This document shows positions 35,616-45,705 of a stretch of DNA of 64,000 nt, one piece after another. The translations under genes were made by a program, and so were the position numbers. Under the pieces are notes generated by a model. That model saw only the letters and a program-made list of their open reading frames with translations. It was not told the origin of the DNA and ran no database searches. The DNA is from Methylacidiphilum caldifontis. Its GTDB lineage: Bacteria; Verrucomicrobiota; Verrucomicrobiia; Methylacidiphilales; CAMAQI01. The stretch covers positions 1,295-65,294 of the forward strand of contig CAMCSM010000003.1 of assembly GCA_945877805.1 (NCBI GenBank), in the 5' to 3' direction. How positions within the stretch are numbered: position 1 is the first letter of the stretch; each line of letters starts with the position of its first letter.

Positions 35616-36368
35616 ATGCGCCTTCACTCTTTTCAACATATCCCCTTTGAAGATCCGGCGGGAATTGCCCGTTGGGCGGCGATGCAAAAAATTCCGATGA
35701 CCCATACCCACTGGTATAAAGGGGAGAGCCCCCCTCCCATGGACTCTTTTGATGCCCTGATTATTATGGGGGGACCGATGAATATCTACGAGGATCACCT
35801 CCACCCTTGGCTCGCAGAGGAGCGGAAATTTATCAATCAAGCCGTCGCCTCCGGAAAGAAGGCGATCGGAGTCTGTCTCGGTGCCCAGTTTCTAGCCGAT
35901 GCTCTCGGGGGACGGGTCACTCAGAACGCACAAAAAGAACTCGGCTGGTTTCCGGTGGAGTTTACACCCGAATTTCAAAAAGTAAGTTGGCTCGCTCCCG
36001 TTCCTCAGGAACTCACCGTTTGTCATTGGCATGGGGATACTTTTTCACTTCCCCAAGAGGCGATCCTGATGGGCTCCAGTAAAGCCTGCGTGCATCAAGG
36101 GTTTGTCTGGAGAAAACAGGTTCTCGGATTTCAATTTCATATCGAACTGAGCGCCGGAGATCTCGCCCGTATCCCTGAGGATTTCATTAGCGAATTCCCT
36201 GCCGGCCCTTGGGTTCAACCGGTCAGGCAAATCATCTCCGATGCCATCCTTTACGAATGCGATTGCCAAAAATTCCTTTTTCAGACCCTGGATAAATTTT
36301 TCGACCTTGCCTCGAATCACACTCCTGTAGAGGGGAGTTTGAGGAGTGGCAAGGTATCTACTGCTTAA
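35616..36368 (+). CDS. Class I glutamine amidotransferase-like protein
   Basis: Nucleophile elbow GVCLGAQ. HWHGDTF and FQFHIE motifs. Confidence 0.75.
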   Translation: MRLHSFQHIPFEDPAGIARWAAMQKIPMTHTHWYKGESPPPMDSFDALIIMGGPMNIYEDHLHPWLAEERKFINQAVASGKKAIGVCLGAQFLADALGGRVTQNAQKELGWFPVEFTPEFQKVSWLAPVPQELTVCHWHGDTFSLPQEAILMGSSKACVHQGFVWRKQVLGFQFHIELSAGDLARIPEDFISEFPAGPWVQPVRQIISDAILYECDCQKFLFQTLDKFFDLASNHTPVEGSLRSGKVSTA

Positions 36369-36782
36369 AATGAATCTCACACAAAGACACTAAAACACAA
36401 AGTTTAATACAAATTTTTAATTCTTTATCCAAAAAGCAGCGGGCCCCTTCGTCAGTCTTCGTGTTTTCGTGGCTTAGTGTGAGAATGGTTTTAAATCATT
36501 ACCCTAACCCGCTATCAACCTCTCAAAACAGAGTCTATTTTGGACTTGAAAGTCGATTCATATATTTTTCTCTTTACATTTTTTCGTTTTACAGCATCTT
36601 TGTAATCGCTTGGTACTTTCTTTTAAAGATCTCCCCTAGAGGAGGCCGGAAAGTCCTCGCTTTGAAGCCGCTCCCTGTCTGATTCATTGAATCGTTGCTC
36701 TTTTTAAGGGTTTTTCGAAAATCGTGAGGGTTGATAAGGGACGGAATTTAAAAAAAATAACCATTATTACACTATTTGAATT

Positions 36783-38324
36783 ATGATTGATGTTTCTTAC
36801 GAAAAACTTTTAGAACTAGTCGACCTTTCCAAAACCGGGCGTTTAAATCCCCGTCAAGAACAAGAGGCACTTCAAACCGTTAAAGGCTTAATGCTTACCG
36901 GTCCCGAAGGAGTCGCTTCCGCTGTCGAAGGAATGGTCTCCCTCCCTTGGTCGGTCGGGGTCAATGCCATTATGGACTCATGGCCCACTTTAAATGACGG
37001 AATTAAAAAACTACTTTTAAGCGGAATTACCACCGATGCCTTTCAGACCGATAACGGTAAACGTTTTCGTCTGAGCCTCGGCCGCGCATTTCTCCGAACG
37101 GATGCCCCCCTCGGATGCAAAATCATTGTTGCCGTCGCTCACGAAATCATGGTCGGAGCCGACCCACTGCCCCAACAAAAACATCTTCAAACTTTTTTTC
37201 ATATCATGATCGGAAAAGGTCGTCCTTGGGTCACCAACCTCAATGCCGAGTCCTTAGAGAAAAATGATTTAGCGGCACTTCTCTTCTGTAGTGTTGCGGC
37301 GACCTTTACAAGGGCCTCATTCCTTCCTCCCTCCCCCCCTTTTACCCAACTCCAATTGTTGAAGTGGGCCGCCCCTTCCGGGCAACTGGAGCTCCTCCCG
37401 CAACCGGTTCTTGATTTAATTCTTGAAGCGGTTCGCAGTTGGAACGGTCGCTGGCAAGCCTCTCTGAAAAGAGAATGCACCCCACTTCCAGAAGTCATCG
37501 CAGCGATCATCCCTCAAATCTTAGAGGAACCGGCAGGAATCGAGCCCGCAATCGAAGGAGATCTTCCACTCGCAGTCAATGGACCGCGCCGAGATCGATT
37601 TGAACGACGGGATCCCCGTGATTCACGCGAGATTCGTAATCCCCGCGAAGGACGCGAGATTCGAGAGGTCAGAGATCTCCGCGATCCCCGAGATAGTCGC
37701 GACTCCCGTTTTCCTCGTCGTCGTGATTTCGATCGCTCCCCTGTTGTCGAAATGCCAGCTGAATTTAGCTTTCCAAAATCGGTTGAACAGATTCAACTCT
37801 ACGTCCAAAAGATCGAAGCCGATCTTGAAACAGTTCGTGCCTCCCTCCAACAAAAGGAGGCAGCCCTCCAAAATGCGCTTAGCCGAACAGCAAACTTAAT
37901 CGCTGAAGAATCAAGTGCGAAACCGAAAAAAGGCCGCAAAACGAAAAAAGAGGAACCGGCAGATTTAGAATCCCTCAAACAACATAATGATCAACTCCAA
38001 GATACGGTCAATGAACTCCAAAAACGGATTGAAGAGTTCACCGGTGAACATGAGGACATTGCCACCAGTCGTGATGCTCATTCCCGCGACGGGAAAACGG
38101 TAGAACCGGCAGATGAATTCCGAAATTTAGTTTCGATCAAGCTGGCCCCCGAACTTGAGGAATATCAAGCACTCGCGAAGGAACCGATGACCACCGCTCT
38201 CGGAGAGCATTGCCGAAATCGTTGGGGAGATCTTTTTGAGGAGCTCCGCAAACTAGGAGTCGAACTTCAATCCAAGCCAGCCCCGAAAAAACGTCCCTCA
38301 AGGGCTAAAGTAGCCGCTGAATAA
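36783..38324 (+). CDS. Hypothetical protein: N-terminal globular region, Arg/Asp/Glu/Pro repeat linker, coiled coil and Lys-rich tail
   Basis: RRDRFERRDPRDSREIRNPREGREIREVRDLRDPRDSRDSRFPRRRDFDR low-complexity tract. No family recognised. Confidence 0.5.
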   Translation: MIDVSYEKLLELVDLSKTGRLNPRQEQEALQTVKGLMLTGPEGVASAVEGMVSLPWSVGVNAIMDSWPTLNDGIKKLLLSGITTDAFQTDNGKRFRLSLGRAFLRTDAPLGCKIIVAVAHEIMVGADPLPQQKHLQTFFHIMIGKGRPWVTNLNAESLEKNDLAALLFCSVAATFTRASFLPPSPPFTQLQLLKWAAPSGQLELLPQPVLDLILEAVRSWNGRWQASLKRECTPLPEVIAAIIPQILEEPAGIEPAIEGDLPLAVNGPRRDRFERRDPRDSREIRNPREGREIREVRDLRDPRDSRDSRFPRRRDFDRSPVVEMPAEFSFPKSVEQIQLYVQKIEADLETVRASLQQKEAALQNALSRTANLIAEESSAKPKKGRKTKKEEPADLESLKQHNDQLQDTVNELQKRIEEFTGEHEDIATSRDAHSRDGKTVEPADEFRNLVSIKLAPELEEYQALAKEPMTTALGEHCRNRWGDLFEELRKLGVELQSKPAPKKRPSRAKVAAE

Positions 38325-38339
38325 AATTTAACGATTCAA

Positions 38340-38359
38340 GGGCGATCACTCGATCGCCC
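38340..38359 (+). terminator. Hairpin after the hypothetical gene
   Basis: gggcgatc-actc-gatcgccc followed by tatttcttctc. Confidence 0.45.
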
Positions 38360-38371
38360 TATTTCTTCTCT

Positions 38372-39208
38372 ATGAATCCCTCTTCTAAAATCAGCACCCC
38401 GAGAGCGAAAAACGAGATCGCCACTGCAACCTTAAAATTGCTTTGTACCGATTTTGACGGCACCTTGATCGATCACGATGAAGGAGGCTCAGCTCCTCCC
38501 GCGGAGTTTTTTGAGATGCTCTACGCAGCGCGAGAGATATCTCCAGTCACTTGGGTGATTAATACAGGACGGGGTTGGATCGATTTAAAGCATGACCTCA
38601 TCGCAAAAGCCTTTCCGGTTTGGCCCGATTGGGTGGTTCTCACCGAGCGCCATATCTATCAAGTTGTTGATCGTGAAATTATTGACCACCCTGAATGGAA
38701 TGATCCCTGTAAGGCGATTCATCAAGATCTTTTTCATAAATCAAAAAATCTCTTTACTGAGATTCGTCATCATCTTTCTGAAACCACCGAAGCCGATTTA
38801 ATTGACGACTCCGCCTCTCCGTTAGGGATTGTCGCCAAAACACCAGAAGAAGCAGATCGGATCGCTCTCTATCTCGATGATTTACTCTCGGAATGGCCAG
38901 AACTGGTTTATGTCCGGAATGCGATCTGGTTTCGATTCTCCCATATCGATTACAATAAAGGGACTTGCCTTCGCGAAATTGCCAAAAAATTTGAAATTCA
39001 TTCTGATGATATCCTCTCCGCAGGAGATCATTGCAACGATCTCCCGATGCTCGACTCTCAATTTGCAAGAGGCATCGTTTGTCCCTCGAATTCGGTCGAG
39101 GTCGTCAAATCCAAGGTCAAAAAACATTCCGGCTACATCGCCCAAGGGAAAGCGGGACACGGGGTGGTTGAGGGTTGGAAACACTTTTTTCCTGAAAAAA
39201 GCTCTTAG
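38372..39208 (+). CDS. HAD-IIB family hydrolase (sugar-phosphate phosphatase-like)
   Basis: LLCTDFDGTLI (DxDGT motif). SAGDHCNDLPML late motif. Confidence 0.7.
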   Translation: MNPSSKISTPRAKNEIATATLKLLCTDFDGTLIDHDEGGSAPPAEFFEMLYAAREISPVTWVINTGRGWIDLKHDLIAKAFPVWPDWVVLTERHIYQVVDREIIDHPEWNDPCKAIHQDLFHKSKNLFTEIRHHLSETTEADLIDDSASPLGIVAKTPEEADRIALYLDDLLSEWPELVYVRNAIWFRFSHIDYNKGTCLREIAKKFEIHSDDILSAGDHCNDLPMLDSQFARGIVCPSNSVEVVKSKVKKHSGYIAQGKAGHGVVEGWKHFFPEKSS

Positions 39209-39225
39209 TGAAGTGAAATCCTCTC

Positions 39226-40017
39226 ATGCTTTTCGACTATCACAATCATACCCCCCTTTGTCATCATGCCAAAGGACTCCCCCGTGACTATGTCCTTGCC
39301 GCTCAAAGAATCGGATTATCAGAGATCGGTTTCTCCGATCATAACCCGATGCCGACACAATTTGATGATTGGCGAATGGCCCTTTCCGATCTCCCCCAAT
39401 ATTTTTCTTGGATCGAAGAGGCACGGAAAGAGTTTTCCCCCTTTCCGATTCGTTTAGGGTTAGAATGTGACTATCTCCCTGGCTATGAGAGCCATCTGCG
39501 CTCCCTGAGCACACTTGCGGAATGGGATTACCTCATCGGAGCCGTTCATTATATCTCTCCCCGCTGGGATGTCGATAACCCCGCCCATCTCTCGAAATGG
39601 AAAGAGCAATCGGTAGATGAGATTTGGGATTGGTATTTTAAATCGGTCGTTCGCATGATCGAGTCAAGGCTTTTTGATTTCTTTGCCCACATCGATCTTG
39701 TCAAAAAATTTGGTTTTAAGCCGAAAGGAGAACTCACTCGATTCTACGCCGAGACCATTGAAGCCCTTGCCGATCACCACGGGGTGATTGAGATTAGCAC
39801 CGCGGGACTTCGTAAAGAGGTGAATGAAATCTATCCGAGCAAAGAGTTTCTGACCCTCGCCCATCGCAAGGGGATCCGCATTCTGATTAACTCCGACTCC
39901 CACTCCCCCGAGGAGGTCGGATATCGGTTCGATCTCGCACTTCAAATGGCAAAAGAGATCGGTTACTCCGAACTCATGCGCTTCGAAAAACGCAGAGCCA
40001 TTGCCGTTAAAATTTAG
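39226..40017 (+). CDS. hisJ: Histidinol-phosphatase, PHP family (HisJ-type)
   Basis: MLFDYHNHTPLCHHA, GFSDHNP, ...INSDSHSPEEVG. Confidence 0.8.
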   Translation: MLFDYHNHTPLCHHAKGLPRDYVLAAQRIGLSEIGFSDHNPMPTQFDDWRMALSDLPQYFSWIEEARKEFSPFPIRLGLECDYLPGYESHLRSLSTLAEWDYLIGAVHYISPRWDVDNPAHLSKWKEQSVDEIWDWYFKSVVRMIESRLFDFFAHIDLVKKFGFKPKGELTRFYAETIEALADHHGVIEISTAGLRKEVNEIYPSKEFLTLAHRKGIRILINSDSHSPEEVGYRFDLALQMAKEIGYSELMRFEKRRAIAVKI

Positions 40018-40077
40018 AATAGTTTATTTCGGGGGGGCTTGATCCCGCTCTTTGATCCACGCATCAAGGAGCCGTAG

Positions 40078-40125
40078 GGTGAACGAAAAATATGACCCTG
40101 CTCATTCAAGAGTGAGGGACTAAGA
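40078..40125 (-). repeat. Repeat family D unit
   Basis: The reverse complement ctcttagtccctcactcttgaatgagcagggtcatatttttcgttcaccc matches 31954-31992 and 32191-32207. Confidence 0.7.
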
Positions 40126-40168
40126 GATTTTTGTTTTGATGCCTCCCTGCTCATGCTAGGGTCGATCG

Positions 40169-40708
40169 ATGGACTTGAGCCAATTTGATTCTAAGAGCTT
40201 TGACCGTGGTGCTAATCGAGTCACAGAGATCCTCTGGGTCTTGGTCCGCTCGCTTATCTTTTTATCCCCCCTCCCCTTTCCCTCTTTTTTGAAAGTCTTT
40301 CTCTTGCGACTCTTCGGTGCTCAAATCGGGAAACAGGTCGTCATCCGCTCTCGGGTCATGATTTGGATGCCCTGGCGTCTCCAGATCCAAGATCATGTCT
40401 GGATCGGTGAAGAGGCCTTTCTCCTGAATCTCGCTCCGATTGTGATTGAGTCTCACTGCTGTATCTCTCAACGAGCCTTCCTCTGCACCGGTTCTCATGA
40501 CCACGAAAAAATCGATTTCCCCTTTAAAAACGGCCCGATTACGTTACGCCAAGGAAGCTGGATCGCCGCTCAAGCATTTGTCGGAGCAGGAGTCGAAATC
40601 GGTAAAAATTCGATTGTGAGCGCAGGCAGTATTGCTCTCCATTCCGTCCCGGAAAATACGATCGTTCGAGGCAATCCCGCAACCCCTTGCGGAAACCGCT
40701 ACCCCTGA
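40169..40708 (+). CDS. WcaF-like hexapeptide-repeat O-acetyltransferase
   Basis: LRLFGAQIGKQVVIRSRV...PWRLQIQDHVWIGEEAFLLNL...SQRAFLCTGSHD pattern. Confidence 0.75.
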   Translation: MDLSQFDSKSFDRGANRVTEILWVLVRSLIFLSPLPFPSFLKVFLLRLFGAQIGKQVVIRSRVMIWMPWRLQIQDHVWIGEEAFLLNLAPIVIESHCCISQRAFLCTGSHDHEKIDFPFKNGPITLRQGSWIAAQAFVGAGVEIGKNSIVSAGSIALHSVPENTIVRGNPATPCGNRYP

Positions 40709-41844
40709 TGATTCTGATTCTTAATCAATTCCCGGAAAAAGACCCTGCCCCGACGAGTCGCTATTTAAAAGAGTGGGGAGAAGATCTTCGTCAACAGGGA
40801 GAATCGATACAATGGATCTCCGGAACTCCCTCCTATAGGCTCCGAAGCCCCCTCTTTATTTTCAGGGCTCTCCAAGATCTGCAAACCGTGTTTCTCATTT
40901 TATGGGAGGGAATTTGGTCCCCCACTCCCCATCTGATCATTGCCAGTAGCTCCCCTCCCGGAATTCTTCTCGTCGCAACCGTTTTAAAGCTCTGGCATCG
41001 CGTCCCCTTGATCCACTGGGCGATGGATCTTCATCCCGATCTCTCCGAAGCTCTTGGAGAAAATAAGTTCTTACGAGGAATCTTCCAGTTTTTCGTGAAG
41101 CGATGCTATCCGCTCTGCGATGTTCTCTTGACGTTGGATGCCGACATGCAAAAAAAACTTCGAACCACTTACCAGGTCGATTCGATCATCACTCGCTTAT
41201 GGCCTCTGAATCTGGCTGCAATTCCGGACTCCCGATCGGTTCAATCCCCCCCTCGCTGGATTTATTCCGGAAATTTAGGCAAGGCTCATGAATGGAAAAC
41301 GGTTTTAGAAACACAATCGAGGCTCGAACAACAGGGCTCCCCGTTTCAGTTACGACTGCAAGGCAATGCCTCTCAACGACTCCCCTCCAACCTCTCTCTT
41401 CCGCAACAGATCGAGCTCTCTGATTACGTCGCTGAAGAAAACCTCGTATCCACCCTACTCTCCTGCCATCTTTTGATTGCGACTCAAAATCCATTGACCA
41501 CAGGACTTCTTTGGCCCTGTAAACTGGCACTGCTTTCGGTGCTCCCTCGACCGCTTCTTTGGATTGGATCGAAAAACTCTTCGACCGCTACAGAATTCAA
41601 GCAACGTCCCCATACCGGAATCTTTGAGCCGGGGGAAAGCGAAAAAATCGCTCAATGGATAAAACAGTACGAAACGATTCCGAACCAAAATGATTTTAAA
41701 AAATGGATCGAGAAACAGCCGACTCAATCGGCTTTTCTTGAGCAAGTCCGAAAAGTAACTTTGCCTCTGAGGCCAAAAGCGGCATCACGGAAAGACGAGA
41801 CTGACGAATCAGCGGGATCTCTTTTAAAAGAGGATGAGATTTAA
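40708..41844 (+). CDS. Glycosyltransferase, GT-B (GT4/WbuB-like)
   Basis: N-terminal MILILNQFPEKDPAPTSRYLKEWGEDL. TGATG coupling to wcaF-like. The C-terminal ~50 aa lie antisense to the EVE gene. Confidence 0.5.
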   Translation: MILILNQFPEKDPAPTSRYLKEWGEDLRQQGESIQWISGTPSYRLRSPLFIFRALQDLQTVFLILWEGIWSPTPHLIIASSSPPGILLVATVLKLWHRVPLIHWAMDLHPDLSEALGENKFLRGIFQFFVKRCYPLCDVLLTLDADMQKKLRTTYQVDSIITRLWPLNLAAIPDSRSVQSPPRWIYSGNLGKAHEWKTVLETQSRLEQQGSPFQLRLQGNASQRLPSNLSLPQQIELSDYVAEENLVSTLLSCHLLIATQNPLTTGLLWPCKLALLSVLPRPLLWIGSKNSSTATEFKQRPHTGIFEPGESEKIAQWIKQYETIPNQNDFKKWIEKQPTQSAFLEQVRKVTLPLRPKAASRKDETDESAGSLLKEDEI

Positions 41845-42139
41845 TCATCTCTAAAGTCACCGGAACTTTAAAAGAACGGACCGGCTTGATCTCCACACAG
41901 CTCCAATCCCCCTCCTCCGCCGTTTTATCAGCAAAGGCCTCTTTGCTAATCTGAGCGATTCCGACGACCGATTTCTCGGTCACGCTATGGTAGAGAAAAA
42001 CAAGATCCCCTTTTTTCATCGCTCGAAGGTGATTCCGAGCCTGATAATTGCGTACCCCAGTCCAATCGGTTTTTCCCTCCCGAATCAGGTCACTCATGGA
42101 GTAGGCCTCAGGCTCCGATTTAACTAACCAATAACTCAT
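41696..42139 (-). CDS. EVE (PUA-like) domain protein
   Basis: MSYWLVKSEPEAYSMSDL...WTGVRNYQARNHLRAMKKGDLVFLYHS. Start moved to 42139. Confidence 0.8.
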   Translation of the reverse strand: MSYWLVKSEPEAYSMSDLIREGKTDWTGVRNYQARNHLRAMKKGDLVFLYHSVTEKSVVGIAQISKEAFADKTAEEGDWSCVEIKPVRSFKVPVTLEMIKSHPLLKEIPLIRQSRLSVMPLLASEAKLLFGLAQEKPIESAVSRSIF

Positions 42140-42196
42140 CTTTGATGCCTTTGATCCTGAATGGTGAAATTGAGATAAGTATTCTTTTTCACGCGA

Positions 42197-42384
42197 AGCA
42201 ACTGTCCCCATGGAATGGGGAATGGCACAGTTGTGAAGCGGATTTTTAAAACATTCAATAGGGAACTCAGGAAAAAAGGAAAAAAATAATCCTGCTTTCC
42301 TGCTTTCCTTATTAAATTGAATTTTTTCATAATCTCTTGGACGATAGATGTTTATATATTTTAGGAAGTTTACTTCACTAGGAG
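42197..42384. repeat. Repeat family A, copy A2
   Basis: Near full-length alignment with 10405-10592. Confidence 0.85.
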
Positions 42385-42388
42385 CGAA

Positions 42389-43351
42389 TTAAGATCCGAC
42401 TTCCTTGCGAGCCTCTTCAGCGAGCGCGGTACTTAAATAGCGTTCTCCCGTGCTACAGGCGATGGTAACAATCAATTTCCCCTTATTCTCAGGACGTTTC
42501 GCAACCTCAAGGGCGGCCACGACATTGGCACCCGTAGAAATTCCGACTAAAAGACCCTCCTCTTTGGCCAGCCGACGGGCCATCGCAAAAGCATCATCAT
42601 TACTTACGGTGATCACATCATCAACGATCGCAAGGTTTAAATTCTTAGGAACGAATCCTGCACCTGTCCCTTGTATTTTATGAGGTCCTGGCTTCACTGG
42701 CTCCCCATTGCGAGTTTGGGTAATGACCGGGGAGTCCTTCGGTTCGACGGCAATCGACTGGAAGCTCGGCTTACGTGCCTTACAGACCTCAGAAACTCCC
42801 GTAATCGTTCCCCCTGTTCCTACTGAGGCGACAAAAATATCGATTTTCCCATCGGTATCACGCCAGATCTCCTCTGCCGTTGTCTTACGATGAATCTCTG
42901 GATTCGCTGGATTTTCAAACTGTTGCGGGATAAAAGAACCAGGAATCTCAAGTTGAAGAGCGACGGCTTTATTGATCGCCCCACGCATTCCTTCTGCGGC
43001 AGGGGTCAAAACGAGTTTCGCCCCTAACATCGCTAAAAGCGTCCGACGTTCCAAGCTCATGCTCTCAGGCATCGTAAGGATTAATTTATACCCTTTAGCG
43101 GCAGCCACAAAGGCCAAGGCGATTCCGGTATTGCCAGAGGTCGGTTCAATCAAAGTAGTATTTGCTGTAATCAAACCGGCCTTTTCAGCCGATTCAATCA
43201 TCGCCATTCCGATTCGATCTTTAACACTTCCGAGCGGATTGAAAAATTCACATTTCAAAGCGATCGTTGCATCGATCCCAGCGGTAATTCGATTCAATTT
43301 TACCAAGGGGGTATTTCCGATGGTTCCAACGACATTGTGAATAAGGGGCAT
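42389..43351 (-). CDS. cysK: Cysteine synthase A (O-acetylserine sulfhydrylase)
   Basis: [36 protein letters not shown]. Confidence 0.9.
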   Translation of the reverse strand: MPLIHNVVGTIGNTPLVKLNRITAGIDATIALKCEFFNPLGSVKDRIGMAMIESAEKAGLITANTTLIEPTSGNTGIALAFVAAAKGYKLILTMPESMSLERRTLLAMLGAKLVLTPAAEGMRGAINKAVALQLEIPGSFIPQQFENPANPEIHRKTTAEEIWRDTDGKIDIFVASVGTGGTITGVSEVCKARKPSFQSIAVEPKDSPVITQTRNGEPVKPGPHKIQGTGAGFVPKNLNLAIVDDVITVSNDDAFAMARRLAKEEGLLVGISTGANVVAALEVAKRPENKGKLIVTIACSTGERYLSTALAEEARKEVGS

Positions 43352-43421
43352 AATTCGATCTCTCCGTAGTATTTGAGTTTCCCTCTAATCTTGAGGGGGT
43401 TTCTCAGAAATCAATCAAAAA

Positions 43422-43910
43422 CTATTCCGAAGGGAGATCCGTCCCGGTTTTTCCCCATTTTTCGAGGCAATAATCCAAAGAGATCTTCCCTGGTCCAAAA
43501 AAGAGGATAACAAGGGTCACAATCAGATAGGTCGAGGGAGTCGCACTTAAAAACTCCGAAGGATCAGAAAAAAATTGCAGGAGTTTTTCATGGTCGGCGG
43601 TGTAATAAGCAACCATCATGGTAAAAGCGAGAGGGAGACTAACCACTCTTGAAAATAACCCTAAAATTAAAAACAATCCGCCGAAGCATTCAACAGAGGC
43701 CGCAACCAAGGCATTCATCTGGGGAAAGGGGATATTTAAACCGGTAAAAAATTCCGTGACTTGATCAAGATTTTTTAATTTCCCATATCCAGTGACCATA
43801 AAGAGCCAGCCCCAATAGAGCCTCAGTCCCAATAAAAAGGGGGTCTGAAATAAATTCATGAGTTTATTACACAAAGAGACAGCGGAGAGATAATTCATCT
43901 TGATATTCAT
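43422..43910 (-). CDS. DoxX family membrane protein, last gene of the MNIO cluster
   Basis: LLGLRLYWGWLFMVTGYGKL...ECFGGLFLILGLFSR. Start moved to 43910 to remove the overlap. Confidence 0.75.
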   Translation of the reverse strand: MNIKMNYLSAVSLCNKLMNLFQTPFLLGLRLYWGWLFMVTGYGKLKNLDQVTEFFTGLNIPFPQMNALVAASVECFGGLFLILGLFSRVVSLPLAFTMMVAYYTADHEKLLQFFSDPSEFLSATPSTYLIVTLVILFFGPGKISLDYCLEKWGKTGTDLPSE

Positions 43911-43935
43911 ATTTTTAGATTCACTTGTTTTAGAT

Positions 43936-44814
43936 TCATTTTTTTGATTTTCGTAGAGAGATCCACCCCATCGCCGACCACTCTTGAAACTGGGTTTGCA
44001 CGGAGGCGGCACTCACCGCATCCTTAAATTTATTTTGCTTCATTACTTTTTCAATCGCTGCACCAAGGGAAATTCCTTGATCAAATGCGGTGAGAAGTTC
44101 AAAAGCCCATGGCTCGATTCGTTTAAAATAGACTTTAAATTGATAGCGATGAACGGCTAAATAGATCCTCTCTTTTTTAATCGCTCCGACGAGAGCACGG
44201 CATTTCGACTTTAAACGACGATCTAAAACACCGTTACTCAACTGCTCACGTACCCCCCCTTGATTCAGCTTCAACTGCCATTCATCCAACGGATAATCGA
44301 GTGCCATCAGTCGAACATGGGGAGAGATTCTCAATCGACAAAGGAGGGGGCGAGCCCCCAAATGTTTTGCCGTCAGGGGAGATTCCTCTTTTTCATCATA
44401 AACATGAAGTTGAGCGAGCTCCATCGTCGCCATCTGATAGAAAAGAGCGCTTTTATCCTTGTAGGCTCTCTTTTCTTTGAGAATAAAAGGGGGCAAACGG
44501 GTTCCAAAATCACGTAGGGTATAAGATCGTGAGGGAAATTTCTCGATGTAACGACGAATCAGTCGTTCAAATTCCTGATCCCCCATGAGGGCTCTTAATC
44601 CAGGGAAATCATCATACAATGACTCTAAAATCCGAAACCAATACTGTCGGGCATAAATTTCAATTCGATCGACTGCCGTAAGACGTGAATTCGGTTTGAT
44701 TTCCGATTTTATCCATCGACCGCCGATTCGACTCGGTTGAAGCCGATCTTTTGAGTTTAAAGGGGCTTGAAGGCAGCTTAAGAAATCCTTTTGAAGTTGC
44801 GCAAGAGAGCTCAT
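43936..44814 (-). CDS. DUF2063 family protein (BufC/HvfC-like MNIO partner)
   Basis: IEIYARQYWFRILESLYDDFPGLRALMGDQEFERLIRRYIEKFPS. 4-nt overlap with the DUF692 gene. Confidence 0.75.
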   Translation of the reverse strand: MSSLAQLQKDFLSCLQAPLNSKDRLQPSRIGGRWIKSEIKPNSRLTAVDRIEIYARQYWFRILESLYDDFPGLRALMGDQEFERLIRRYIEKFPSRSYTLRDFGTRLPPFILKEKRAYKDKSALFYQMATMELAQLHVYDEKEESPLTAKHLGARPLLCRLRISPHVRLMALDYPLDEWQLKLNQGGVREQLSNGVLDRRLKSKCRALVGAIKKERIYLAVHRYQFKVYFKRIEPWAFELLTAFDQGISLGAAIEKVMKQNKFKDAVSAASVQTQFQEWSAMGWISLRKSKK

Positions 44815-45680
44815 TTTTTAGCCCTCTTTTTTTTCTGAGCCGCTTTGTCTTTATCTTTCCAATAGCGAGTCGCTTTCTTTGCTTCATCATGAACCTCTTG
44901 AAAAGAGGGGATACTGGCATCCCACTCCAAAAGGGTTGCGGTAGGCCCCACCTTTTGAATCGCTAAGTCATAAAGTTCCCAGACCGGATCAATCACGGGG
45001 TGGTCATGGGTATCAATAATAAATCGTTCATATTTCGAATGACCTGCGATATGCATTTGAGCCACGCGATGATGGGGAACCCCTAAAATATAATCTCGGG
45101 GATCAAAGGTATGATTCTGGGAGGAAACATAAATATTATTTACGTCGAGAAGGATCCCACAGTCGGCCCGTTCGACGACCTCTGTCAAAAACTCCCATTC
45201 CGTCATCTCTGAGGAATGAAATTCGGCGTAGCTACTCACATTCTCGACGGCAATGGGGATCTCTAAATAATCACGAACTTCACGAATTTTCTTCGCCGCA
45301 TTTTTCGCCGCATCTAATGTGTACGGAAGCGGGAGTAAATCATGAGAATAGGTTCCATCGACACTTCCCCAACATAAATGATCGGAGAGCCATGGAGTCT
45401 TCGTGCGTTTGACTAAATCTTTCAGTTTTTTTAGATGAGTTCGATTGAGTCGTTCTTTGGAGCCAAAATAAAGGGAGACCCCATGTTGAACGACTTGATA
45501 TTGCTCTAAAATTTGATCGAGGATATGCAGTGCCCGTCCCCCCTCCTGCATATAATTTTCTGAAATAATCTCGAACCAATCAACGGTCGGTTTTTCCGTC
45601 AAAATATGATCGTAATGAGGGACTCTCAATCCGATTCCAATCCCATAATTCGTGAAATTATTAAAGCGATTTGCAGGCAT
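44811..45680 (-). CDS. DUF692 / MbnB-family multinuclear non-heme iron oxidative enzyme (MNIO)
   Basis: GIGLRVPHY...VDWFEIISENYM...HGVSLYFGS...PWLSDHLCW...VENVSSY...LLDVNNIYVS...MHIAGH...IDTHDHPV...LEWD. Confidence 0.9.
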   Translation of the reverse strand: MPANRFNNFTNYGIGIGLRVPHYDHILTEKPTVDWFEIISENYMQEGGRALHILDQILEQYQVVQHGVSLYFGSKERLNRTHLKKLKDLVKRTKTPWLSDHLCWGSVDGTYSHDLLPLPYTLDAAKNAAKKIREVRDYLEIPIAVENVSSYAEFHSSEMTEWEFLTEVVERADCGILLDVNNIYVSSQNHTFDPRDYILGVPHHRVAQMHIAGHSKYERFIIDTHDHPVIDPVWELYDLAIQKVGPTATLLEWDASIPSFQEVHDEAKKATRYWKDKDKAAQKKKRAKK

Positions 45681-45705
45681 AATGAGTCAGAGAAAATAAA
45701 ACAAA

